A stretch of 64,000 nucleotides of DNA from an uncultured beta proteobacterium (lineage in GTDB: Bacteria > Pseudomonadota > Gammaproteobacteria > Burkholderiales > Burkholderiaceae_B), in NCBI GenBank assembly GCA_963712655.1, contig CAVQIT010000002.1, forward strand, positions 123,934-187,933, written 5' to 3'. Made by a program: the position numbers and the translations under genes. Below, in pieces: positions 33,673 to 43,322 of the stretch. The notes under the pieces are model-generated. The model saw only the letters and a list, made by a program, of their open reading frames with translations. It had not been told where the DNA came from and searched no databases. The first letter of the stretch is position 1, and each line of letters starts with the position of its first letter.

Positions 33673-34392
33673 CTATTCGAAACCGCCGTTGCTTCTCAAG
33701 GAAGCCGTGCCGGCGCTTGTCAACAGTTCAATCAGCTTTTTGGCCGCGGCGGGTTCGGTCGAGTGCAAGGCTAGCGCCGCCACATACGTGGTTGCCAGTT
33801 CGAATTCTTTGGGTAGAAGGCCGGCCAGGGCGACCCCTGGAGTGTAAAGAATTTCGGTAACCTGTGTGCAGCCCAGAGCCCCCGGCTCTTTTGCCCTGGA
33901 TAATTCATGCATGGCGGTTGCTCCATTGGGAAAATGGCGCAGCCGGGCGGAAAGCGTTGTGTCTATGCCCAGTTTTTCCAGTACCTTGGCAAAATGCATG
34001 CCGGCGGTGGACTTCTTGGTATCGGGCACATAGATGGCGGGTGCGGCAAGCAGGGATTCTTTCAACGCGCCGGCATCGTGCAAACGAGGAGGGGGATCCG
34101 ATGCCCGGCAGGCGACGCCGGTCTGCACGATGCCGATAGGGCGCATGCCGGCGTCGGCGAGCTGGCCCTCGCCCACCATTTTTTCTATCAAAGCCTGAGT
34201 CAGTATGACCATATCGCACCGCCCGCCCTCGAGGAAGCGATCCCGCATCAGGCCGACGGCGCCGAATTCGCCGTCGATATCGTAGCCCGTGCTTGCGAGA
34301 AATTGCGCCTGAACCTGCGATACCAGACCCTTGGCCGCTCCTCCGCTGAGAAGATGGATAGCCGGCTGTCCGGTGGGTTGAATACTGCTCAT
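33673..34392 (-). CDS. ModA-like substrate-binding-fold protein with no obvious signal peptide
   Basis: LSGGA, FGAVG, YVPD..KSTAG.HF, FPNGATAM, QVTEI, LPKEFEL.T.Y; CAGGAG RBS. Confidence 0.72.
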   Translation of the reverse strand: MSSIQPTGQPAIHLLSGGAAKGLVSQVQAQFLASTGYDIDGEFGAVGLMRDRFLEGGRCDMVILTQALIEKMVGEGQLADAGMRPIGIVQTGVACRASDPPPRLHDAGALKESLLAAPAIYVPDTKKSTAGMHFAKVLEKLGIDTTLSARLRHFPNGATAMHELSRAKEPGALGCTQVTEILYTPGVALAGLLPKEFELATTYVAALALHSTEPAAAKKLIELLTSAGTASLRSNGGFE

Positions 34393-34464
34393 TTCATTCT
34401 CCTGTGCTCTTTTGCTTGATGGTTCACGGTGTTGACGATGGTTGCGCCGGTTCATCGACGCCAG

Positions 34465-34620
34465 GGCCTGTTAACGCTACATCCCCGCCCGCGTGACTGG
34501 TCAACACCGCGCTGGCCGTGTTGCGGATTCCTTGCGTACACTCGGTACGCCGTCTCCCCCGCGCCTTGCCCTGCGCCCGATATGCGACCGGCGCGGGCGG
34601 GGATTTAGCGTTAACAGGCC
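34465..34620. mobile_element. MITE-like element, copy B (156 bp)
   Basis: Terminal inverted repeats ggcctgttaacgctacatccccgcccgcg / cgcgggcggggatttagcgttaacaggcc (28/29) around the shared core. Confidence 0.8.
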
Positions 34621-35564
34621 CTGGTCATGCTGGGGATGTCCGCCTGTTTTGCCGAATCGAAATTGATCAGGTTTTGAATAACGCCGCGTATCCAGCGGTT
34701 CAAGGGGTCTTGATGGGCGCGGCTGTGCCAGTACAAGCCGAATTTCATGCCGGGCAAGTCCAGCGGGCTATTGAACAAAGCCAGGTTGTGGCCCGCGCAG
34801 ACATGAATTGCCAACTGCCTGGGAATGGTAGCGACCAGATCCGTTTCTTTGATGATATGCGGAATCATCATGAAGCTTCGTTCGGAGAGCACGATATTTC
34901 GCTTTAATCCGATATTCGACAGCGCTTTGTCGATCGCGCCGTCGTAGAAGCTAGGGCGGCTGGGCGTGATTTGCACATGCCGCAATGAACAGAAGCGTTC
35001 CGGCGTCATGGGCTCGCGAAACGCGGGATGGTCGGTGCGCGCAATGCAGACAGCCTGATCGTTGCATAATTGCTTGAAGTGCATTCTTCCGCTTGGCACT
35101 ACGCCAGGCCCCAGTCCCAGGTCGACATCGGCCCGTTCCATCCATTCATGGATATGAATCCGGTTCGCCTCGCGTACGGTCAGAGTGACATTCGGCGCTT
35201 CTTTTTCCAGGACTCGGGCCAGCGTGGGCACGGCCAGCAGCCGCATGTAATCCACCGCCACGATCACTATGTTTCCCGAAAAGTTTTTTGGGTCGAACGG
35301 ACCTTGGGTCGCCAGCATGGATTGCATTTGGCCCACCAGCGATTCCGCCGTTTGCGCAAGGTGCAGGGCGCGCTCGCTCGGCATCATCTGCGATGATGAC
35401 TTGATAAGCAAGGGGTCGTTGAACAATTGGCGCAGCTTTGCCAGCATGGCGCTGGCCGCAGGCTGCGACATGCCCAGCACGGTTGCCGCGCGGGTAACGC
35501 TGCGTTCTCGAACCAGCACGACCAGGCAATACAGCGACCACGCATCTAGACGGGGAATATTCAA
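34611..35564 (-). CDS. LysR-family regulator
   Basis: SVTRAA..LGMSQPAAS..LAKLR.LFNDPLL HTH; divergent from catabolic operon; stop codon lies inside the MITE TIR. Confidence 0.9.
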   Translation of the reverse strand: MNIPRLDAWSLYCLVVLVRERSVTRAATVLGMSQPAASAMLAKLRQLFNDPLLIKSSSQMMPSERALHLAQTAESLVGQMQSMLATQGPFDPKNFSGNIVIVAVDYMRLLAVPTLARVLEKEAPNVTLTVREANRIHIHEWMERADVDLGLGPGVVPSGRMHFKQLCNDQAVCIARTDHPAFREPMTPERFCSLRHVQITPSRPSFYDGAIDKALSNIGLKRNIVLSERSFMMIPHIIKETDLVATIPRQLAIHVCAGHNLALFNSPLDLPGMKFGLYWHSRAHQDPLNRWIRGVIQNLINFDSAKQADIPSMTRAC

Positions 35565-35858
35565 ATCCGGCGATTCCTGATAGTCGGCGCGGGATACAGG
35601 CGGTTCCTGCGATCCGATCGATTATCTCATGGATCGATGGCCACAAGACGGCGCCGCGGTCCGGCCAAGGCAGCCTGGCCAAGGAGATACTTTCATAGGA
35701 TGCAAGCGCTCCGCCCCAGGAGACGGCGTCAATGTTCACGGCCTTCCAGACATGGTTATCAGCATTTCCTTATTCCGGTTATGCGTCTTTCGGCATGGAC
35801 ATTCAATACCCCATGTCGCATATTGATCGACATTCCAACTTAGAAAAAGGAGATCATT

Positions 35859-36728
35859 TTGCATTCGAAACTCGAGGCTAATGCGCCCTACAAAAACTAC
35901 CGTTATGTTTTGGTGGAGCAGAGCGCCGGCGTGCTCACGATCACGTTGAACCGGCCAGAGAAACGCAACGCGATGGGCGTGGGGCTAACGCTGGAAATGG
36001 TCGATCTGCTGGAGCAAGTGACCTATGACGCCAATGTCAGAGTGGTCGTCCTCACCGGCGCCGGCGACTCCTTTTGCGCCGGCATGGACTTGAAGGATTT
36101 CTTCGACGCTTCCGAGCACGACGAGATGACCTTGCGCCGGGCGCAAGACGCGGCGAACTTGTGGCGGGTCCGGTTGCTGCGCAATCTGCCCCAGCCCACC
36201 ATTGCAATGGTAAATGGCCACTGTTTCGGCGGAGGGTTTTCGATTGTGGAGGCTTGCGATATTGCGTTTGCCGATGAGCAGGCAAAACTGGCCATTTCTG
36301 AAATCAATTTCGGCCATTTCACCGGAGGTCCTGTCGCCAAATCGGTTCGCTCCACAATGACCTCGCGTTCGGCCAGCTATTATGCTTTGAGCGGCCGTGG
36401 GTTCAGTGGGGCCGAGGCGGTGCGCACGGGCTTCATCACGCAGGCATTCAGCAAAGCCGATCTGCACAGGGAAACCTATCAACTGGCCCGGGAATTGGCC
36501 GAGAAAGACCCGGTGGCGCTGCATCTGACCAAAGAAAGCCTGCGGTTCGCCGGCGATATGTCGTGGGATGCCGCGCTGAGCTATAACGTGGCGAAAGCTG
36601 CCGAGCTGTCTGTGCGGCAGCAAGGGGACACGTCGCGGGCCTCTTCGATAAATGCCTTTCTCGGCGGCAAGTTGCGCCCTGGCCTCAGCGGTTCGGGCGA
36701 TGCCGGCGACTCTGGCCAAGCCAAGTAG
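35859..36728 (+). CDS. Hydroxycinnamoyl-CoA hydratase/lyase-like crotonase, copy 1
   Basis: LNRPEKRNAM, AGMDLK, MVNG.CFGGGFS, SEINFG, C-terminal FL..K.RPGL. Confidence 0.82.
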   Translation: MHSKLEANAPYKNYRYVLVEQSAGVLTITLNRPEKRNAMGVGLTLEMVDLLEQVTYDANVRVVVLTGAGDSFCAGMDLKDFFDASEHDEMTLRRAQDAANLWRVRLLRNLPQPTIAMVNGHCFGGGFSIVEACDIAFADEQAKLAISEINFGHFTGGPVAKSVRSTMTSRSASYYALSGRGFSGAEAVRTGFITQAFSKADLHRETYQLARELAEKDPVALHLTKESLRFAGDMSWDAALSYNVAKAAELSVRQQGDTSRASSINAFLGGKLRPGLSGSGDAGDSGQAK

Positions 36729-36730
36729 GA

Positions 36731-37465
36731 ATGCCGGTAATGGCTCTCGCCCCTTGCTATGACGGCTTCCGGCATTTGCGGCTGGACTACGATGAGGCGG
36801 GCATTTTGAGCATCGCTCTGCACCGGCCGGAGAAGCGCAATGCCATTGGCGTGGTCATGACGCATGAACTGGTGCGCGTTTTCGATATTGTTGCGCGCGA
36901 CGATCAGGTGAAGGTTGTCATCATCAGCGGGGCGGGCAACTCTTTTTCGGCGGGCATGGACCTGAAGGAGATGTTCGATGCGTCCGCATACGATGCCGCG
37001 ACGCTCCATCGCGCGCGCAGCGCCACGAATGAATGGCGGACACGCTCGTTGCGCCAACTGCCTCAGACCACCATTGCTAATGTCCGCGGCTTTTGCCTGG
37101 GCGGCGCGCTGCCATTGGTGGAGTCGTGCGACATTGCCTTTTGCAGCGTCGACGCCATATTCGGCATTCCAGAGACGAACTTCGGGTTCTTTCCGGGCGG
37201 TCCGATAGCCAAGACCCTGCTCAATGGGATGCCGCGCCGCGCCGCCGCCTATTACGCGCTCAGCGGCCGTACCTTCACAGGTCAGGATGCCGCGGCAATG
37301 GGGCTGGCAACGGCCGCATTCGGCGTTGAGCAACTGGATGCCGAAACCTGGCTGCTTGCCCGTGAAATTGCCGCCCGCGCCGCGCCGCGGGCGATGCCGC
37401 CCGAGTCCATGCCCGGTATCTGCGATGGCGTCCTATCGATGCCCTCTGACGTATCAGGCCGTTAA
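36731..37465 (+). CDS. Hydroxycinnamoyl-CoA hydratase/lyase-like crotonase, copy 2 (short C-terminus)
   Basis: LHRPEKRNAIGV, AGMDLKEMFDAS, CLGG, PETNFGFFPGGP; collinear paralog of 35859-36728. Confidence 0.78.
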   Translation: MPVMALAPCYDGFRHLRLDYDEAGILSIALHRPEKRNAIGVVMTHELVRVFDIVARDDQVKVVIISGAGNSFSAGMDLKEMFDASAYDAATLHRARSATNEWRTRSLRQLPQTTIANVRGFCLGGALPLVESCDIAFCSVDAIFGIPETNFGFFPGGPIAKTLLNGMPRRAAAYYALSGRTFTGQDAAAMGLATAAFGVEQLDAETWLLAREIAARAAPRAMPPESMPGICDGVLSMPSDVSGR

Positions 37466-37469
37466 ACCG

Positions 37470-39050
37470 ATGACTTCGATTAAAAAGAATATGGATAATC
37501 TGCACGATCTTCTGCAAAGAAATGAACGTTTGTATGCCGGCCGCATCGCCATCCGATGCGAGGGCACTGTACGCACCCATGGCGAGCTGGCCGACCGAGC
37601 CCGGCGCCTGGGCAGCGCGCTGCAGCAGCGCGGCGTGCGGCATGGCGACCGTGTTGCCATTCTTGCCCGCAATGGGATCGAGATGGTGGAATCGCTGTGC
37701 GCGTGTGAATGGTACGGCTATGTCGCCGTGCCGCTGAACCATAGGCTGGCTGCCAAGGAACTGGCCGATATTGTCCGGGATTGCAGTCCCGCCGCATTGA
37801 TCGCGGAGCTTGAGTTCGATGTCACCGCTCAGCTTCTGCGCGGCGTGCTTCGTTCTCCCGCTTTGATGGCGATAGTTGGTAGCCCGGATCATGAGCTGGA
37901 CTACGAGTCGCTGGTTTCCAGCGGCAATTGCGTCCCGCCGAGCATCAAGCCCGGCGGCCAGGATACCGCCTATATCATTTATACCAGCGGATCGACCGGG
38001 CGGCCCAAAGGCGTCATGCTTGGGCATGCGGGAATGGTTGAGTCGGGCCGCTTATTGTCGGCGCCGGCGGGCGTCCGGCCGGACAGCCTGATGCTGGTCG
38101 TGATGCCATTGTTTCATGTCGGCGCCATCGCCCAGCGCCTGGGACACGTGGTGAATGGCTCCAGCATCTTGCTGCATCGCAAGTTCGATGCCGCGACGGT
38201 GGTCGCGGACATAGAAAAGCATCGTATTACCGAGGTGCATCTTGCGCCCATGATGTTGCGCTCGGTGCTTGACTGCGCCGATCGAACGGATGCGGACCTG
38301 TCGTCCCTGGAAACCGTCAAATACGCGTCGTCGCCGATCCCGGACGACACGCTGGATCGCGCCATCGGCCGCTTCGGGCCTCATCTTTTGCAGTTCTACG
38401 CGATGACCGAAGCCGGCGGTATTGCCACCGTGTTGCACAAGTACGTGCATGCCGCCGCCGCCCGGGGAGAGTCGCCGCGCTACTTGCGGTCGGCGGGGCA
38501 GGCTCACTGGGGCTGCGCGATCGAGACACGGCGCGCCGACGGCAGTTTATGTGATGTGGATGAAAGCGGCGAAGTCTGGTTGCAGACGCCCAGCGTCATG
38601 CAGGGCTATTGGTCCAACGATGCCCTGACGCGCGAGGCCCGGGTCGGTCCCTGGCTGCGCACTGGCGACGTCGGGCGCTTGGACGCGGATAATTTCCTGT
38701 TCATTGTCGACCGCATGAAGGACATGATAATTTCGGGCGGCGAAAACATCTACAGCTCTGAAGTCGAGCGCGCCCTGGAGTCTCATCCGGCGGTGCTCGA
38801 GGCCGCCGTCATTGGCGTTCCGGATGAAAAATGGGGGGAGTCGGTCAAGGCTTTCGTTGTGTACCGTCCCGGTGCCGAAGGCCCCTCGGCCGATGACCTT
38901 ATCGAATATTGCCGCGACCGGATCGGCAGCTACAAGAAGCCTCGCACAATCGAGTTCCTGGAGCGATTGCCCCGTTTGCCTCATGTCGAGAAGATAGACA
39001 AATCCGCGCTTCGGCTGCCTTATTGGGTAGGCAAGACCCGCCAGGTTTGA
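37470..39050 (+). CDS. Acyl/aryl-CoA ligase (AMP-binding)
   Basis: YTSGSTGRPKG, YAMTE, RTGDVG, DRMKDMIISGGENIY, YKKP. Confidence 0.92.
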   Translation: MTSIKKNMDNLHDLLQRNERLYAGRIAIRCEGTVRTHGELADRARRLGSALQQRGVRHGDRVAILARNGIEMVESLCACEWYGYVAVPLNHRLAAKELADIVRDCSPAALIAELEFDVTAQLLRGVLRSPALMAIVGSPDHELDYESLVSSGNCVPPSIKPGGQDTAYIIYTSGSTGRPKGVMLGHAGMVESGRLLSAPAGVRPDSLMLVVMPLFHVGAIAQRLGHVVNGSSILLHRKFDAATVVADIEKHRITEVHLAPMMLRSVLDCADRTDADLSSLETVKYASSPIPDDTLDRAIGRFGPHLLQFYAMTEAGGIATVLHKYVHAAAARGESPRYLRSAGQAHWGCAIETRRADGSLCDVDESGEVWLQTPSVMQGYWSNDALTREARVGPWLRTGDVGRLDADNFLFIVDRMKDMIISGGENIYSSEVERALESHPAVLEAAVIGVPDEKWGESVKAFVVYRPGAEGPSADDLIEYCRDRIGSYKKPRTIEFLERLPRLPHVEKIDKSALRLPYWVGKTRQV

Positions 39051-39081
39051 TGCCCGGCTTGTTGATAAAAGGAAATATTGC

Positions 39082-39516
39082 ATGACAGCTATCACATTGA
39101 AAACGGCGGCGGCCATTGTCGAGCACGCCATCGAGAAAGCCCGCGAACGCGGATTCCAGCCGCTTGCGGTCGCCGTGCTGGATGCTCGCGGACAGCTCAA
39201 GGCTTTCGGCTCCGAGGATGGAACCAGCTTGCTGCGGGCGCAAATCGCCATCTCCAAGGCCTGGGGGGCTCTTGGAATGGGCATGGGCGGACGCAGCCTG
39301 ACCAGCCGCGCTCAGAAGAATCCCGCGTTCTTTACCGCTCTGGGCGCCATGTCCGAGGGGAAAATGGTGCCGGCGGCGGGAAGCGTGTTGATACGGACCG
39401 CGGCCGGCGAATTGATCGGCGCTGTCGGCATCAGCGGCGATTTGCCGGAGAACGACGAAGCGGCGGCCATCGCCGGCATAGAGGCCGCGGGGATGAGCGC
39501 CGATGCGGGTGAATGA
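39082..39516 (+). CDS. GlcG/HbpS-family heme-binding protein
   Basis: AVAVLDARG.L...EDG, IA..KA, IGAVGISG...END. Confidence 0.85.
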   Translation: MTAITLKTAAAIVEHAIEKARERGFQPLAVAVLDARGQLKAFGSEDGTSLLRAQIAISKAWGALGMGMGGRSLTSRAQKNPAFFTALGAMSEGKMVPAAGSVLIRTAAGELIGAVGISGDLPENDEAAAIAGIEAAGMSADAGE

Positions 39517-39567
39517 TGTGACATGAGGTAGAAGGGCAATCAACAATTCAAACATACAGGAGTAGAC

Positions 39568-40566
39568 ATGATGAATCGCTTAATGAATCTTGCCGGAATG
39601 CTGTTCTCGGCGGTATTGCTTGGGGGCGCCGTTACCGGCGGCGCCTATGCGGCCGACTATCCGGCAAAACCGATAAGGCTTGTGGTGCCTTTCCCCGCCG
39701 GCGGTCCGGCCGACAACCTGGCGCGCCCGCTTGCGCAGAAACTGACCGAGCGGCTGGGGCAAACCGTAGTGGTCGAGAACCGTCCCGGCGCCAACACCAT
39801 GATAGGCGCGCAGTTCGTGGCGGGCGCCGAACCGGACGGATACACGCTGCTCCTGGCGAGCGACGCCGGCATGTCGCTGGTGCCGGCCTATTCGTCCGTG
39901 AGCGGCGTCGTCGTACCCTACGACCCGGCAACCGATTTCGCGCCTATTTCGATGCTGGCTCATCTGACCCAGGTTTTATCGGTGCATCCCGACGTGCCGG
40001 TGAAAACATTGCAGGAACTGATAGCGCTGGCCAAGAAGCAGCCGGGCAAGCTTTCCTACGCCTCGTTCGGTGTGGGCAGCCAGTCGCAGATTGCGATGGA
40101 AACCTTGAATCTGAAGGCGGGGATCGACATTCTGCATGTGCCGTACAAGGGCGCATCGCCGGCGCTCACCGACCTGGTGGCGGGCCGGGTGAATGTCATG
40201 CTGTCGTCGCCGTCCGGGCAACTGCCCTATATTCGCGACGGCCGCCTGAGGGCATTGGCCTATGCCGGGCCCAAAAGGTCGCCGGCCTTGCCCGATGTGC
40301 CCACGTTCGCCGAACTGGGCATGCCCGATTACGAGTCGCGCGGTTGGTTCGGCGTAGTGGCGCCCAGCGGTACGCCGCAGGCCATCCAGGATTTGCTGCG
40401 CAAAGAGGTCTGGTCGATAGTCGGTTCACCCGATTATCAGAACATGGCTATTTTGGCCAATGGTTTCGAGGTATCGGACATTTCGCCCGACAAGTTTCCT
40501 GCCTTCCTGGCGGAGGACAGATCCAAATGGAAGGCGCTGGTCGACTTCGTCAAGCCTCGGCTTTGA
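39568..40566 (+). CDS. Bug/TctC tripartite tricarboxylate transporter substrate-binding protein
   Basis: Signal peptide, YPAKPIRLVVPFPAGGPAD, VVENRPGA, HVPYKG, PDVPT. Confidence 0.92.
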   Translation: MMNRLMNLAGMLFSAVLLGGAVTGGAYAADYPAKPIRLVVPFPAGGPADNLARPLAQKLTERLGQTVVVENRPGANTMIGAQFVAGAEPDGYTLLLASDAGMSLVPAYSSVSGVVVPYDPATDFAPISMLAHLTQVLSVHPDVPVKTLQELIALAKKQPGKLSYASFGVGSQSQIAMETLNLKAGIDILHVPYKGASPALTDLVAGRVNVMLSSPSGQLPYIRDGRLRALAYAGPKRSPALPDVPTFAELGMPDYESRGWFGVVAPSGTPQAIQDLLRKEVWSIVGSPDYQNMAILANGFEVSDISPDKFPAFLAEDRSKWKALVDFVKPRL

Positions 40567-40610
40567 GCAGGCCGGACCATTAATTTTCTTTCTTGATCCA
40601 TGAGAGCAAC

Positions 40611-41762
40611 ATGCATTCAGAGTTAACTGAAGACCAAAGAATGTTTCGCGAAAGCATTCATCGTGTGATGGCCGACCTTGCCACGCCCGAATACCTCCGG
40701 CGTATCGACAGAGAGGCCGCCTATCCCTACGAGATATACGATGCCTGGGTAGAGTTGGGTCTTTTCCGGGTTGGCTTCCCGGAGGAGTACGGAGGCATCG
40801 GCGGAGGGTTGATGGACCTTGTGCTGATTTCGCAAGACCTTGCCTACTGGAGCTATGACGTCTATACCGCTTACAGCGTTTCGCTGTATACGGCGTTAAC
40901 CCTGCTGAAATGCGGCACGCAAGAGCAAAAGCAGGCCTATCTTCCAAGGCTGATGGACGGCAGCCGCCGCATGTCGGCGTCCATCAGCGAGCCTGACGCC
41001 GGATCGGACGTCGCCGCATTGCGCACATCGGCGCGCCGCGACGGCGATAGCTGGATTTTGAATGGCCAGAAACTGTGGAACACCGCCGCCGGCTCAAGCA
41101 ACAATGTCCTTCAAGTGCTGGCGCGAACGGACACGGATGCCGCGCCAAGAAAAGGCCTGTCGATTTTCCTGGTTGAAAATGATACGCCTGGAATTGTTTG
41201 CTGCAAGCTGGATATGGTGGGGCGGCGCGCCACCGGCACTTATGAAGTGTTCTTCACGGATGTGCGGGTTAAGGCCAGCCGCCTGCTCGGCGAGGAGAAC
41301 AGCGGCTGGAAGTATTTGATGTCGTGCCTGCAAACCGAAAGAATCCTGACCTCGGCCGGGTATGTGGGCAGCAGCCAAAAGGTGGTTGACCTGGCATTGG
41401 CGCATGCGCTCGAGCGCAAGCAGTTCGGCCGCGCGATCGGCGAATTCCAGGCGATCAGCCACATGCTGGCGGACATGCAGACCGAGGTGGATGCCGCGCG
41501 CCTGCTGTTGTATCGCGCCGTCGACAAGCTGCAGCGCGGCGAAGATGCCTTGCGCGAAGTGTCGATGGCCAAGCTTTATGGTTCGGAAACCTATGCCAAA
41601 GTGGCCAATCAAGGCATGCAGATTCTAGGCGCCTATGGGTACAGCATGGAATTCGAAATGCAGCGGCATTTCAGGGATGCGCGCAGCACCACGGTGGGCG
41701 CCGGCAGTTCGCAGATGCAGCGCAATGCGATTGCATCCACGATGGGTTTGAAAGGGCGTTGA
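40611..41762 (+). CDS. Acyl-CoA dehydrogenase
   Basis: PEEYGG.G, SEPDAGSD, LNGQK.W, RKQFGR.I.EFQ, Q.LGAYGY. Confidence 0.92.
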   Translation: MHSELTEDQRMFRESIHRVMADLATPEYLRRIDREAAYPYEIYDAWVELGLFRVGFPEEYGGIGGGLMDLVLISQDLAYWSYDVYTAYSVSLYTALTLLKCGTQEQKQAYLPRLMDGSRRMSASISEPDAGSDVAALRTSARRDGDSWILNGQKLWNTAAGSSNNVLQVLARTDTDAAPRKGLSIFLVENDTPGIVCCKLDMVGRRATGTYEVFFTDVRVKASRLLGEENSGWKYLMSCLQTERILTSAGYVGSSQKVVDLALAHALERKQFGRAIGEFQAISHMLADMQTEVDAARLLLYRAVDKLQRGEDALREVSMAKLYGSETYAKVANQGMQILGAYGYSMEFEMQRHFRDARSTTVGAGSSQMQRNAIASTMGLKGR

Positions 41763-41826
41763 GCTGGTTGAACGACGCATTGGCCGGGCGTGCTGTACAA
41801 GCTGTGTCCGGCCAGTTGCGTGTCAT

Positions 41827-41965
41827 GTGGGCAGAGCGTTTGTGCAGGCCGGACTCTATGGCACGGCGCGATTCGCGCGCAACGCCTATGCGTACCTGGG
41901 GCTGTCTGGCGAGGCGCGCCGCTACGCTGGGGACGGTAAACGCCGGGATGCGGCTCGCGTTCTAG
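41827..41965 (+). pseudogene. Probable remnant of an autotransporter/OMP beta-barrel C-terminus
   Basis: GRAFVQAGLYGTARFARNAYAYLGLSGEAR, then a frameshift into ATLGTVNAGMRLAF*; amphipathic strands ending in Phe. Confidence 0.5.
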
Positions 41966-41977
41966 CCCTCAAACGGC

Positions 41978-42008
41978 AAAAGCCCCTGGGCGCAATGCCA
42001 AGGGGCTT
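41978..42008 (-). terminator. Intrinsic terminator downstream of tRNA-Ser (possibly bidirectional)
   Basis: aagcccct...aggggctt stem with adjacent A-run (U-tract on minus strand). Confidence 0.6.
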
Positions 42009-42102
42009 ACATTTTGGGAAACTGGTCAAAATTTTCCCGCACACACAAAAACCGAGTGTGATGAGTGCCCATCCCCGATAATGGGGAAGAGCCCATATTC
42101 AT

Positions 42103-42192
42103 TGGCGGACAGGGTGAGATTCGAACTCACGGTACGCCTAAACGTACACTGGATTTCGAGTCCAGCGCATTCGACCACTCTGCCACCTGTCC
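42103..42192 (-). tRNA. tRNA-Ser(CGA)
   Basis: GGACAGG acceptor stem, anticodon arm CTGGA-CTCGAAA-TCCAG, long variable arm, GTTCGAATC T-loop, encoded CCA. Confidence 0.97.
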
Positions 42193-42426
42193 TTTTTGTG
42201 TCTTGTGGCTTGTCCACAAAACGGCAATACCCCTTGCCGGTGAAGCCAGCATCAAACCGGTCGAAGGTTTGGTGCACATCCAGCAAGTCCGCTATTCTAG
42301 CAAGGAAATAAAAAAACTCATAATTGGGCCGGCGCGCGTATCCGGGAAGGCGGGCAGAGGGGATTGGACGGTACACTAATGTTTGCGGGATCGAGCTAAT
42401 TTTGGACCATCCAACAAAGGAACAAC

Positions 42427-43209
42427 ATGCTTACAGGCAAACATGCAGTCATTACGGGTTCGACCAGCGGCATTGGGCTGGCGATCGCTCGCGAGCTGGC
42501 GTCCAATGGCGCCAATGTGGTGATCAACGGGTTTGGCGATGCCGCTGCTATAGAGAAAGAGCGGGTCAACCTGGAGCTTGAGTTCGATATCAAGGCCTAC
42601 TACATCAACGCCGATCTGACGCAGGCCAAGGCGACGCGCGGCTTCATCAACGAAGCCATCATGGCGCTGGGCGGCATCGATATCCTGGTCAACAATGCCG
42701 GTATCCAGCATACCGATTTGGTCGAGGATTTCCCGGTAGATCGCTGGGACGCGATCATTGCGCTGAACCTTTCGGCGGTATTCCACGGCACGGCCGCGGC
42801 ATTGCCGCATATGAAAAAACAGGGCTGGGGCCGCATTATCAATATCGCCTCGGCCCATGGGCTGGTGGGATCGGCCAACAAATCCGCTTATGTCGCCGCC
42901 AAGCACGGCGTGGTGGGGCTGACCAAGGTCACGGCGCTGGAAAACGCCGGTAACGGGGTCACCTGCAATGCGATCTGTCCGGGCTGGGTGCGTACTCCAC
43001 TGGTCGAGACGCAGATCCAGGCCTTGGCGCAGAAACAGGGTATAAGCGTAGAGGATGCCGCCATCGGCTTGCTGACGGAAAAGCAGCCGTCTTTGCAGTT
43101 TGTCACGCCCAAGCAACTGGGCGGCGCGGCCGTATTCCTGGCTTCGGAAGCGGCCGATCAAATGACCGGCACCACGCTTACCCTGGATGGCGGCTGGACC
43201 GCCAGGTAA
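42427..43209 (+). CDS. bdhA: D-3-hydroxybutyrate dehydrogenase
   Basis: TGSTSGIG, NNAGIQH, IASAHGLV, YVAAKHG, CPGWVRTPLV, EKQPS. Confidence 0.92.
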   Translation: MLTGKHAVITGSTSGIGLAIARELASNGANVVINGFGDAAAIEKERVNLELEFDIKAYYINADLTQAKATRGFINEAIMALGGIDILVNNAGIQHTDLVEDFPVDRWDAIIALNLSAVFHGTAAALPHMKKQGWGRIINIASAHGLVGSANKSAYVAAKHGVVGLTKVTALENAGNGVTCNAICPGWVRTPLVETQIQALAQKQGISVEDAAIGLLTEKQPSLQFVTPKQLGGAAVFLASEAADQMTGTTLTLDGGWTAR

Positions 43210-43322
43210 TCAAAGCAAGGGGCGGCAGGCGCTGGTCGCGGTTTGTCCGGCGCCATCGCCCGAAAAGAACGATCAATTTTCGAGAGTAACTCTCGTCCAG
43301 ACACAGAAAAGGAAAGGGCAGC

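Noticed and set aside
8500-42102. Intact integrative element or prophage at tRNA-Ser
   Set aside because: No integrase, phage or conjugation genes, and no duplicated tRNA 3' end found by eye
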